Shown: positions 8,127 through 16,782 of the stretch, piece by piece
Layout: each line of letters opens with the position of its first letter
How positions within the stretch are numbered: position 1 is the first letter of the stretch
Assembly: GCA_963744235.1 (NCBI GenBank)
Contig: CAVUSU010000008.1
Coordinates: forward strand, 96,277-128,276
Origin: an uncultured Acidobacteriota bacterium
Lineage (GTDB): Bacteria > Acidobacteriota > Terriglobia > Acidiferrales > UBA7541
Reading direction: 5' to 3'
Length of the DNA stretch: 32,000 nt
Made by a program: the position numbers and the translations under genes
The notes under the pieces: generated by a model
Database searches by the model: none
Seen by the model: only the letters and a program-made list of their open reading frames with translations
What the model was told of the DNA's origin: nothing

Positions 8127-8140
8127 GCTATCCAGATAGC
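8127..8140. promoter_or_regulatory. Inverted repeat GCTATC-CA-GATAGC, candidate antitoxin operator upstream of the TA pair
   Basis: Perfect 6-bp arms at 8127-8132 and 8135-8140, ending 4 nt before ATG 8145. TTGGCA (8120-8125) is adjacent. Type II antitoxins commonly autoregulate through such palindromes (established knowledge); binding here is inference. Confidence 0.4.
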
Positions 8141-8144
8141 TTAG

Positions 8145-8474
8145 ATGAAACCGATCAGAGTAAGCGTTGCCGAAGCGAAGAACAAACTCCCAGAGCTAAT
8201 CAGGGCAGTCGAGAATGGTGAATCCGTGACGATTTGCCGCCGCGGTGTGCCCGTTGCGGATTTGGTCCGCACCAGCAAGAGCGCCGGGGAAAGGCCGAAG
8301 TTCGGGACGCTGCGAGGAAAGGTCGTATTCAACGATCCTAACTGGTGGAAACCAATGACCGAGGATGAAGTAGAGGCCTTCCTGAAGGACGCTAGGAAAT
8401 GCGCCTTCTCCTCGACACCGTCACTTTCGTATGGGCGACAACTTCGCCCGAACTCCTTTCAAAAAGAGCGCTAG
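8145..8474 (+). CDS. Type II antitoxin, Phd/YefM-like (VapB-position partner of the PIN toxin)
   Basis: N-terminus IRVSVAEAKNKLPELIRAVENGESVTICRRGVPVADLV is typical Phd/YefM antitoxin text. The ORF as sequenced runs 76 nt into the toxin gene. Confidence 0.75.
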   Translation: MKPIRVSVAEAKNKLPELIRAVENGESVTICRRGVPVADLVRTSKSAGERPKFGTLRGKVVFNDPNWWKPMTEDEVEAFLKDARKCAFSSTPSLSYGRQLRPNSFQKER

Positions 8475-8779
8475 CCGCACTGCAAGACGAAAATGCGATA
8501 CGTGAGATGAGCGCTATTTCCCTCTCCGAGCTGGCTATCAAGCAAGCAAAGGGAAAGTTCAGTTTCGGGAGAGAGGATGCTCTTGCCAGCATCGCGGACC
8601 TCCGAGTGCGCATTCTTCCCTACACTGCGAATCACGCCTACGAGCTATTTAGCCTGCCTTATCATCACGGGGATCCATTTGACCGCCAGATCATCGCCCA
8701 GGCGTTGGTCGAGAAGATTCCGGTCGTGACCTCTGACGAGAAATTCGGTCTCTACAAAAATCTCAAGGTCATTTGGTAA
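8399..8779 (+). CDS. vapC: Type II toxin VapC (PIN-domain ribonuclease)
   Basis: 126 aa with MRLLLDTVTFVW (first acidic PIN residue), ..SAISLSELAIK.., ..GDPFDRQIIAQALVEKIPVVTSDEKF (C-terminal acidic residues). Classic PIN layout directly downstream of the antitoxin. Confidence 0.85.
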   Translation: MRLLLDTVTFVWATTSPELLSKRALAALQDENAIREMSAISLSELAIKQAKGKFSFGREDALASIADLRVRILPYTANHAYELFSLPYHHGDPFDRQIIAQALVEKIPVVTSDEKFGLYKNLKVIW

Positions 8780-8801
8780 TTTGCATCTTCTCCCATCGGT
8801 C

Positions 8802-11163
8802 CTACATTTCCGGACCGCGTCCGGACGCCGGCGGATGCATCTGGTACTCGTGCGGCGGTTCGGCGCCCAGCAAGTAACGCACGAAGTAGTCCCAGCGGCG
8901 GCGCATCATGTAGTTGCTCTCGGCGCCGTAACCGTGATGCTGGTTCGGCAGCAGCAAAAGATCGAAATCCTTGTTCGCTTTGATCAAGGCATCCACCACG
9001 AGCAATGTATTGTACGGCGGAACGTTGTCGTCCATGGTGCCGTGGGTTAGCAGGAGGCGTCCCTTCAGGTTCTTCGCGAGATTTTGATTCGCCTGATCGT
9101 CGTAGTTCGTAGTTCCGTCCGCATTCTTCGCCAGCAAACCCTGATAGCGTTCGCCCCAGTCGTCCTCGTATTCGCGATTGTCGTGATTCCCCGATTCGGA
9201 GATACCTACTTTGAAGAAGTCGGGGTAGCGAAACATCGCGTCGGCCGTCGCATAACCGCCACCCGAGTGTCCCCAGACGCCGGCTCGCTCGATATCGATC
9301 CAGGGATATTTCGCGGCCAACTGTTTCATCCCGGACACCTGGTCGGGCAGAGTGTTGTCGCCCATGTTGCCGTAGTAGAAGTCGTGAAATTTCTTTGACC
9401 TCAGCGGGTTGCCCATCCCCTCGATTTGCACAACCACGAATCCAAGTTCCGCGAGCGCCTGGCAATCACCGCGCGAGTCGGCGAACGACCAATTGCCCAC
9501 ACTTCCGCCCTGCGGCCCGGGATAGATGTTGTTGACGATCGGATATTTTTTGCTGTGGTCGAGGTTCGTTGGCTCGAACATCAGCCCGTACAAATCGGTG
9601 ACGCCGTCGCGCGCCTTCACTGTGATAGGAATCGGCGGCTTCCATCCGGCAGCCACCAAGCGCGAGACGTCCTCCTTCTCGACCGTGGACACCACTTTCC
9701 CAGTTTCGTCGCGGACCACTGTGACCCGCGGCACGTCAGGCTTGGAATAGCTGTCTACAAAGAAGCGGCCTGAAGGCGACATCGCTATGTCGTGATTGCC
9801 GTCTTCGGGAGTGAGCAGCGCCAGGTTCTTGCCGTCGAATCCGACGCGGTACAAATGGCTCAAGTACGGGTTGCCTTTTTCGCGGCCGTCGGCGAGAAAG
9901 TAGACCTTGCGGTTCTTCTCATCCACCCTCAGCACCTGCGTCACAGCCCACTCGCCCGACGTAATCTGATTCTTCAACCGGCCGGTGACCAAATCGTAGA
10001 GATAGAGGTGAGACCAGCCATCGCGCTCGGAACACCAGATCACTTCGTTCGACGCCGTCAGGTAACGCCAGTTCACGCGGCCCTGGCCCGATTCGAACTG
10101 AGTGGCCGCGGTTTCTTCCAGGACGTCGCGCACCGCGCCGCTGGCGTCATCGGCGACGCGCAACTGTTCACGCTTGTGGTCGCGCGAGGTGGAGACGAAC
10201 GCCAGATGCGTCCCATCCGGACTCCATTCGACGTCGGCCCACTCGCCGCCCCGGCATGCAACGTCGTCGCACAGCGTGGAGCGGTGCTGATCGGGCGGAA
10301 GCTGCAGGCGAATCACCTTCGGGCCGTCCAGGTGGATGATCACGCGCTGGATCGTGGTCACCGCGTTGTCGCCCGGAAGCGGATACTTCCACGCCTCAAG
10401 CCTTGGGATGGCCGACCTTGGTTTCCACGAGATACATTTCTCCCGCGCCTCGCTGGTCCTGCTGGAACGTCGCAATTTTCTTCGAGTCCGGCGACCACAT
10501 CAGAATGGGGCGGTCACTGTGGATCCAGCCGGCATTGTCAGTCGCGTACCCGAAGTCCTTCACTCCATCCGTGGTGAGTTGCGTCTCCTTGCCGCTCGCA
10601 ACGTCGCGGACCCAAAGATTCCAGTCACGAATGAAGGCGGCGCTCTTGCCGTCGGGCGACTTCACGTCGTCGCGAGGCCCGGCAGCGGGTCCACTTGCTT
10701 TGCCCGTGGATGCGCAGTGATTCGCCTGTAAGTCGCAGTTCCACTCTTGTCCCCGAAGGCTGAAAGAGATCGACTGCTGATCCGCGGAGAACTCAAACGT
10801 CATGAACGGCAGGTGCGCCGCGTCATAAGTCTTGCCCGCCGCCGAGGACAGCGCCGCAGCCACCTTGGCGTGATCGAATGCAGGCTGGCGCGTGCCACGA
10901 GCCGCATCGAACATCACGAACTCGATTCCGTCGGGTCCGGTGTTGCGATACCAGAAACGGTCATCCGGCAACCACGTGGCGCGCACCCTGTGAAATACAA
11001 GCGGTGATGTGTTGTAAGTCAGGAACTTTTCGGCGCGCTGGTAATCGGCCGCCGTGACGACTGCGGCGCTCGGCTGTTGAGCGGCAACCTGCGTAGCGGT
11101 AACGGCAACGCCCGCAGAGGCAACAGATAAGATTAAGATAAGTGCACGCACGCGAAATCGCAT
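8802..11163 (-). pseudogene. S9 family (DPP-IV-like) serine peptidase, split by one apparent 1-nt indel near 10401-10407
   Basis: Upstream ORF (to stop 10396-10398): signal peptide MRFRVRALILILSVASAGVAVTATQVAAQ (ATG 11163, SD GGAGG 11174-11170) plus a beta-propeller-like region ending ..GEMYLVETKVGHPKA*. Downstream ORF 8802-10475 continues in another frame with ..PRLEAWKYPLPGDN.., catalytic GHSGGG (GxSxG) and C-terminal His (NQHHGYG). Confidence 0.8.
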
Positions 11164-11367
11164 CCGCATCCTCCAAAAGTTATGGATCTTGGGCGGGCGG
11201 TAGCATCTCCCTTGCTCGCTTCCCAAGTCAAGCCGCGGGCCGCGAGCGGGCGATTCCGCGAGTTTCAATTTGCGTCCGCGCCCCGGTTTACGCTAGCGTG
11301 GTTTGATTCGGATGCGTATCGCAGGCTCGGCAGGCGAGCGCTACGATTTCGATTCGGCGGCACGTCC

Positions 11368-13472
11368 ATGAAAATTCTCTACAACTGGTTGAAGGAATTC
11401 GTCGAGGTAACGGCACCCGCGAAGGAGCTGGGTTCGCGGCTCTCGCTCGCCGGCGTCGCCATCGATTCGATTGAAGAGACGTCCGCCGGCCCCGTGCTCG
11501 ATGCGGAAATTACGTCAAACCGCCCCGATTGCCTCGGCCACTATGGGATGGCGCGCGAAGTGGCGGCCATTTACCGGCTGCCGGTGAAGCCGGTTCAGCC
11601 GAAGCTGAAGGAGTCCGCGGAAAAGGCCGCGGATGCCGTGCGGGTGGGAATCGAAGCGCCCGATTTGTGCGGCCGCTTCACGGCGCGCGTTGTGCGCGGC
11701 GTCAAAGTTCAGCCATCGCCGGATTGGCTTCGCCAGCGCCTTGCTGCAATCGGCCAGAACTCGATCAACAACGTGGTGGATGTCTCCAACTACGTGATGT
11801 TCGAGCTTGGCCACGCCTCGCATGCATTCGATTTCGATAAATTGAACGAGCACCGAATCACCGTGCGCCGCGCGAAGCCCGGCGAAAAAATTCGCACGCT
11901 GGACGGCATCGAGCGCACGCTCACGAAAGATATGTGCGTGGTCAGCGACGCAACCCATGCGGTGGGGATCGGCGGGCGTAATGGGCGGCGCGGAAAGCGA
12001 AATCGGCTTCAGCACGCGGAACATTCTGATCGAGTGCGCCTGGTTCGATCCCATCGCGATTCGCCGCGCGTCGAAGGCGCTCGGTTTACGCACCGAAGCG
12101 TCGTACCGTTTCGAGCGCGGCGCCGATCCGGAGATGGCGGAACTCGTCTCGCGGCGCGCCGCCGAATTGATTCAGCAATTGGCCGGGGGCGAGATTCTGG
12201 CCGGGGTTGTGGACGTCTATCCCGGGCGGAAACAGCCGCTCAAGATCGAATTCGCGCGGAAAGAACTTCTGCGAGTGATGGGCGCGGACGTGCCCGACCG
12301 CGACATCGAAGAAATTCTCGGCGCACTGGGGTTCCACCCGGTTCGCATCGATGCGAATCGTGGCAGCGCGGGTTCGCTTGCGGCGCGGTGGGAGTGCACG
12401 CAGCCATCCTGGCGTCACGACGTCGCGCGCGGTGTCGATTTAGTGGAGGAAGTGGCCCGGCATTACGGGTACGACAAATTCCCGCCGCGACTTCCGCCCG
12501 CCAAGCAGCCGGCGCATCGCCTGCCTCATGCGGAGGCGATGGACCGCCTGCGCGAACGCCTTGTGGCTCTCGGCTATCAGGAAATCGTCGAAATTCCCCT
12601 CGTCGATCCAAAACGCGATGAGCTGTTCCGTCCTGAAAATGTGACGCCGGCTGTGATCGGCAATCCGCTCGCGGAAGACGCATCCGTGATGCGCTCGACG
12701 GGGATTGTCAGCATGGTGGGCGCGATCGAATGGAACCTGAACCACGGGCAGCGAAATCTGCGGCTCTTCGAAATCGGCAAAGCATACGAAGTGCGCAACG
12801 GCGAACCCATCGAAACGCCGGTCCTCACGCTCGGGGCGACCGGCCTCGCGCGGCAGAAAACGATTTACGAAGACGCGCGCGAGTTTTCGTTTGCGGATCT
12901 GAAAGGCGACCTCGACGACACTGGAGCGCTCGCGGGTGGATTGTCATGGCAAGCGAACGGTCCCGGCTGGCTCGCTTCGGCGCGATCCGCACAGATTTCG
13001 CTCGCCCATCGAAATGGAGGCTCAAGCGGTGACAAGCCGGTCGGCGTCGTGGGCCAGCTGGCTCGGCGGATCGCCGACGAATTCAAGCTGCGCCAGGATG
13101 TTTTCGTCGCGGAACTGCAGCTCGAGCCTCTGCTCGCAGGAATCGAGTCTGCGCGCGCCGCCTTGCGTTTCACGCCCCTGCCCCGCTTTCCCGGGGTCGA
13201 ACGCGATTTCTCGCTGGTGCTCGACGACGGAGTTTCGTTCGCAAGCGTCGCGGAAACGATTCGTTCTCTCGGAATCCCGGAGCTTCAAAGCATCGAGCCT
13301 GCGGACCTTGTTCCGCGGAGGCCAAGTGCCGCCGGGAAAAGTCTCGCTGATGATTCGCGTGACGTTCCAGAGCGCGCAGGCGACCCTCACGGACGCGCAG
13401 CTTGCCGATTTTTCCTCGCGCATCGTTGAGGCGCTGCAAAAAAACCTCGGCGCCACCTTGCGCGCATCCTGA
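11368..13472 (+). pseudogene. pheT: Phenylalanine--tRNA ligase beta subunit, frame-disrupted at two sites as sequenced (~11971 and 13310)
   Basis: Frame 1 from ATG 11368: MKILYNWLKEFVEV...DATHAVGI. Frame 2 from ~11972: AGVMGGAESEI...(B3_4/B5/core)...LQSIEPADL. Frame 3 from 13311: FRGGQVPPGKVSLMIRVTFQSAQATLTDAQLADFSSRIVEALQKNLGATLRAS* (FDX-ACB domain). Each junction is restored by removing one G. Confidence 0.9.
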
Positions 13473-13541
13473 GAAAGTTCACCGTTCCCCAACAAATCAA
13501 AGCAATGCAAGTACTTGCGCCCGCCCCAGGGATGAAAGAAA

Positions 13542-13850
13542 ATGGTTGCGCCCCGGCGGGAGCGTGAGAACGTGAAAATTGAAATTTACGACCAGATATA
13601 CAGCGTCAATTCAGGCCAGAGTGACGAATATCTCCAGGAACTCGCGTCGTACGTAGACGCGAAAATGCGCGAAGTAGCCGAAGCCACCCACATCGTGGAT
13701 TCGGTCAAAGTCGCGGTGCTTGCGAGTCTCAACATCGCGGACGAACTTTTCACGCTTCGCGAACGTCAGCAACAGCTCGAAGGGCCTCTGCGTAAACGCG
13801 TCGAGAAGTGCGTCGACCTGGTCGAGAAGGCGATCGAGCGCTCGAACTGA
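13542..13850 (+). CDS. zapA: Cell division protein ZapA
   Basis: VKIEIYDQIYSV..SDEYLQELASYVDAKMREVAE....DSVKVAVLASLNIADELF matches the ZapA family pattern. The position after pheT is a common synteny. Alternative start GTG 13572. Confidence 0.8.
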   Translation: MVAPRRERENVKIEIYDQIYSVNSGQSDEYLQELASYVDAKMREVAEATHIVDSVKVAVLASLNIADELFTLRERQQQLEGPLRKRVEKCVDLVEKAIERSN

Positions 13851-13948
13851 CTCCAGTTCGCCGTTTCGGCAACTTCCCTGAGTAACCGATTCTCGCTCCC
13901 GTACATCTGATGTAGTATTGAGCTCAGCTTTCCGCGACGCCGCTTGAA

Positions 13949-14191
13949 ATGCCCCGTTGCAAGCCATTTCGGTTTGTTGTCGTTTCTCTGGCGCTCCTGA
14001 CGCTAATGGCGGCGGTGACGCTTGGCGGCGTCTGGCACCACCATCCAAGTTCTTCAGAAGCAAACTGTTCGATTTGCCATTTGAACCACCAGCCCATGGG
14101 TCAGCCCCTCGCGGTTGACCGCTCTCCTGTTTCGCCCCAATCGGAACGAAGCCTGAACCTCCGGAGCCATTTTTCGCGCCCACTCCGCTAG
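13949..14191 (+). CDS. Small membrane-anchored His-cluster/CxxCH protein (copy 1), upstream of czcC
   Basis: 80-aa ORF with a basic N-terminus, one hydrophobic helix (FRFVVVSLALLTLMAAVTLGGV), then WHHHPSSSEANCSICHLNHQ. It is paralogous in architecture to ORF 22291-22572, co-directional with czcCBA, and ends 118 nt before ATG 14310. Confidence 0.6.
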   Translation: MPRCKPFRFVVVSLALLTLMAAVTLGGVWHHHPSSSEANCSICHLNHQPMGQPLAVDRSPVSPQSERSLNLRSHFSRPLR

Positions 14192-14309
14192 TCCGCCACG
14201 TTCCCGCTCGCGCCCCACCGTCCGCTTAATCTGTTTCTCGGCGATCCCGTGGCTGCCTCGCGGCCGATCAATTCACGTGTAAGTCCCAGAGGTGAAGGTA
14301 AAAGCGCCT

Positions 14310-15596
14310 ATGCGTATACAACGTGTACGTCTTGTATGTTCCGCTGTTGCTGTGTGTTTTGCTGGATTGACGTTTGGCCTGTCGCTTTCGGCACAAACGC
14401 AAGGGCCGGTGCGAATTACGCTCGACCAGGCGATTCAAATGGCTCTCGAGCACAACCACACCCTGCTGGCCGCCCGCACCACGATCCAAGAGAGCGAAGC
14501 GCAGGAAACGACGGCAAATTTGCGGCCAAACCCGACTCTTTCGGGCGACGCGCAGTTCTTGCCGTTCTTCGAGCCGGGAAATTTCAATTCCACCTACATT
14601 GAGAACAACGCGCAGTTCGACATCGGCATAGGTTACTTGTTTGAGCGCGGCAGGAAGCGCCAGCATCGCTTGCAAGCGGCAAAGGATCAGACGGCGGTAA
14701 CCACCTCAACGGTCTCCGACAACGAGCGCACTTTGATGTTCCAGGTGGCCTCGCAGTTCATCAGCGTGCAGCTTGCCGAATCGACGCTCGATCTGGCCGA
14801 GCAGGATATGAAGAGCTTCCAAAATACGGTGGACATTAGCCAGGCGCGCTACAAAGCAGGCGACATCAGCGAGGATGATTTCCTGAAGATCAAGCTTCAA
14901 TTGCTGCAATTCCAGACCGACGTCTCGCAGGCCACGCTCGCGAAGATGCAGGCGCTCGCCGGTCTGCGGCAATTGGTGGGGTATCAATCGGTGTCAGCCG
15001 ATTTCGATGTGGCTGGTGACTTCGATTATCAGGTGTTGAAGCTCGATCTCGAGGATCTGCAAGCGGCAGCACTACGCGACCGCCCGGACCTGCGCGCGGC
15101 GGTGCAGGGTGTGGCAGCGGCGAAAAGCCAGTACGAGTTGGCCAAGGCAAACGGAAAGCAGGATGTGACCGCGTCAATCGACTACACGCACACTGGAGAC
15201 GTCAACAGCGCCTCGCTTTTCGGCAACATCGCCCTGCCGATTTTCAACCGCAACCAGGGAGAAATCGCCCGGACGAGATATGCCATCACGCAGGCGCAAG
15301 AGCAGCAGTTGGCGGCCAGCGACCAGGTGATGACCGACGTGCTGGACGCCTATGAAGGGGTTCGCGACAACGACAAGGTGATTGCGCTCTATCGCTCGGG
15401 CTACCTGGATGAAGCGAAAGAAGACCGTGACATCAGCGACTACGCGTACAAGCGCGGCGCCGCAAGCCTGCTCGATTTTCTCGACGCCGAGCGCAGCTAT
15501 CGCGCGACGCAGCTCGCCTACCGCCAGTCGCTAGCGGCATACCTCACGGCGGTAGAACAGCTTCGCGAAGCTGTGGGAACGAGGTCTTTGCCATGA
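14310..15596 (+). CDS. czcC: TolC-like outer membrane factor of heavy-metal RND efflux system (CzcC family)
   Basis: Signal peptide MRIQRVRLVCSAVAVCFAGLTFGLSLSAQ, then the typical OMF start (ITLDQAIQMALEHNHTLLAAR) and two OEP-type repeats. The stop overlaps the next gene's start (ATGA 15593-15596). The ORF could also start at GTG 14292. Confidence 0.85.
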   Translation: MRIQRVRLVCSAVAVCFAGLTFGLSLSAQTQGPVRITLDQAIQMALEHNHTLLAARTTIQESEAQETTANLRPNPTLSGDAQFLPFFEPGNFNSTYIENNAQFDIGIGYLFERGRKRQHRLQAAKDQTAVTTSTVSDNERTLMFQVASQFISVQLAESTLDLAEQDMKSFQNTVDISQARYKAGDISEDDFLKIKLQLLQFQTDVSQATLAKMQALAGLRQLVGYQSVSADFDVAGDFDYQVLKLDLEDLQAAALRDRPDLRAAVQGVAAAKSQYELAKANGKQDVTASIDYTHTGDVNSASLFGNIALPIFNRNQGEIARTRYAITQAQEQQLAASDQVMTDVLDAYEGVRDNDKVIALYRSGYLDEAKEDRDISDYAYKRGAASLLDFLDAERSYRATQLAYRQSLAAYLTAVEQLREAVGTRSLP

Positions 15597-16768
15597 AAAC
15601 GGCGCGAACAATCAACCGGCGAGATTGGGGAATCGCTGTGTCGCTTGCAGTCGCATGCGTGCTGGCCGGCTGCAGTTCAGGCGAGCGCGCGAGCGAAATG
15701 ACCTCGTATTCAGCCAAGGAAACGAAATCGGAGACACCTGAGCTTTTTACGATTCCGCAAGACCAGATGTCGCACGTGCAAGTGGTGAGTGTAGCGCCGC
15801 AGACGCTGACGCGCTCGCTGCGCTTGACCGGGGCGGTAGCCTACAACGCGTTTCACACGACGCCGGTAATTACGCAGGTGGGCGGCCCCGTGAGCCGCAT
15901 CCTGGTGGTACCGGGCCAGCGAGTGCGCGCGGGCCAGCCGCTGCTCATGATCAGCAGTCCCGACTATTCGCAGATGCGCGCGGCCTATTTGAAGGCGCGG
16001 GACGTCTATCGCGTGGCGGACAAGAACTATGCGCGAGCTCAGGACCTCTACGCACACAATGCCATCGCAGAACGCGACCTTTTGCAGGCCGAGTCCGACC
16101 GCATTCAGGCACAGGCCGATCTCGATGCGTCCGAGCAAGGCCTGAAGATTCTGGGCCTCACGAAGCCGGAGGATCTGGAGAAGATGCCGTCAACGCCGGA
16201 GATTCCTCTGCTGGCGCCGATCGCGGGCCAAGTGGTCGAGCGTGACGTCTCGCCCGGGCAATTGCTGACGCCGGGAACGACGCAGGCGTTCGTAATCTCG
16301 GACATGAGCACGGTGTGGATTCTGGCGAACGTGTATCAGGGGGATCTCTCTTACGTGAAGGTGGGCGACACTGTCTCCGTGACCACCGATTCCTATCCCG
16401 ACACCTTCCGAGGGAGGATTTCGTTCATCTCCCCGGCGCTTGATCCGAACACGCGAACGCTGCAAGCCCGGATCGTGGTCGACAACGCGGGCGAGAAACT
16501 GAAGAACAACATGTACTGCGTCGCGACAGTGACGGCCGGCATGGTGCAGAACGCGATCGCCGTGCCCGACGCGGCGGTGTTGCGCAACGATGAGAATCAA
16601 CCGTTCGTATACGTCGAGAGTGGGCCGAATCAGTTCGGCCGCAGGGCAGTTGAGATCGGGCCGAGCCAAGGCGGGGAAACACAAGTTCTGAAAGGGCTTT
16701 CGGCGGGAGACAAAGTAGTGGGAGACGGCAGCCTGTTTCTGCAGTTCGCCAATTCGTTCCAACACTGA
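15593..16768 (+). CDS. czcB: RND efflux periplasmic adaptor (membrane fusion protein, CzcB/CusB family)
   Basis: 391 aa with a lipobox-like LAGC, MFP strings (VVPGQRVRAGQPLLMISSPD; LLAPIAGQVVERDVSPGQ; ..RISFISPALDPNTRTLQARI..). Translationally coupled to czcC. Confidence 0.85.
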   Translation: MKTARTINRRDWGIAVSLAVACVLAGCSSGERASEMTSYSAKETKSETPELFTIPQDQMSHVQVVSVAPQTLTRSLRLTGAVAYNAFHTTPVITQVGGPVSRILVVPGQRVRAGQPLLMISSPDYSQMRAAYLKARDVYRVADKNYARAQDLYAHNAIAERDLLQAESDRIQAQADLDASEQGLKILGLTKPEDLEKMPSTPEIPLLAPIAGQVVERDVSPGQLLTPGTTQAFVISDMSTVWILANVYQGDLSYVKVGDTVSVTTDSYPDTFRGRISFISPALDPNTRTLQARIVVDNAGEKLKNNMYCVATVTAGMVQNAIAVPDAAVLRNDENQPFVYVESGPNQFGRRAVEIGPSQGGETQVLKGLSAGDKVVGDGSLFLQFANSFQH

Positions 16769-16782
16769 GGCCGCGAGCTTTC

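Noticed and set aside
11182-11367. N-terminal extension of the pheT ORF (MDLGRAVASPLL...).
   Set aside because: PheT homology begins at MKILYNWLKEF (ATG 11368). The extension lies in the divergent intergenic region and has junk composition.
8093-11367. Calling the vapBC + peptidase insertion a mobile element or genomic island.
   Set aside because: No integrase or transposase, no tRNA target, and no flanking direct or inverted repeats are visible. Only the broken pheST synteny supports insertion.
12042-12052. GGTTCGATCCC, a tRNA T-arm-like motif.
   Set aside because: It lies inside the pheT coding frame (..AWFDPIA..). I could not build a cloverleaf (acceptor, D or anticodon arms) from the surrounding sequence.
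13949-14191. CxxCH in the two small ORFs (also 22291-22572) as a c-type cytochrome heme-binding site.
   Set aside because: The proteins are very short and have no recognisable cytochrome fold text or distal Met/His ligand context. The motif is embedded in His clusters next to metal-transport genes. A metal-binding role seems more likely, but heme attachment is not formally excluded.
13851-14291. Possible 6S RNA (ssrS) downstream of zapA, as in the E. coli zapA-ssrS synteny.
   Set aside because: I could not find the long closed-stem plus central-bubble pairing between distal segments. The region is better explained by the small CxxCH ORF, which has a paralog elsewhere. A cmscan would be needed to exclude 6S fully.
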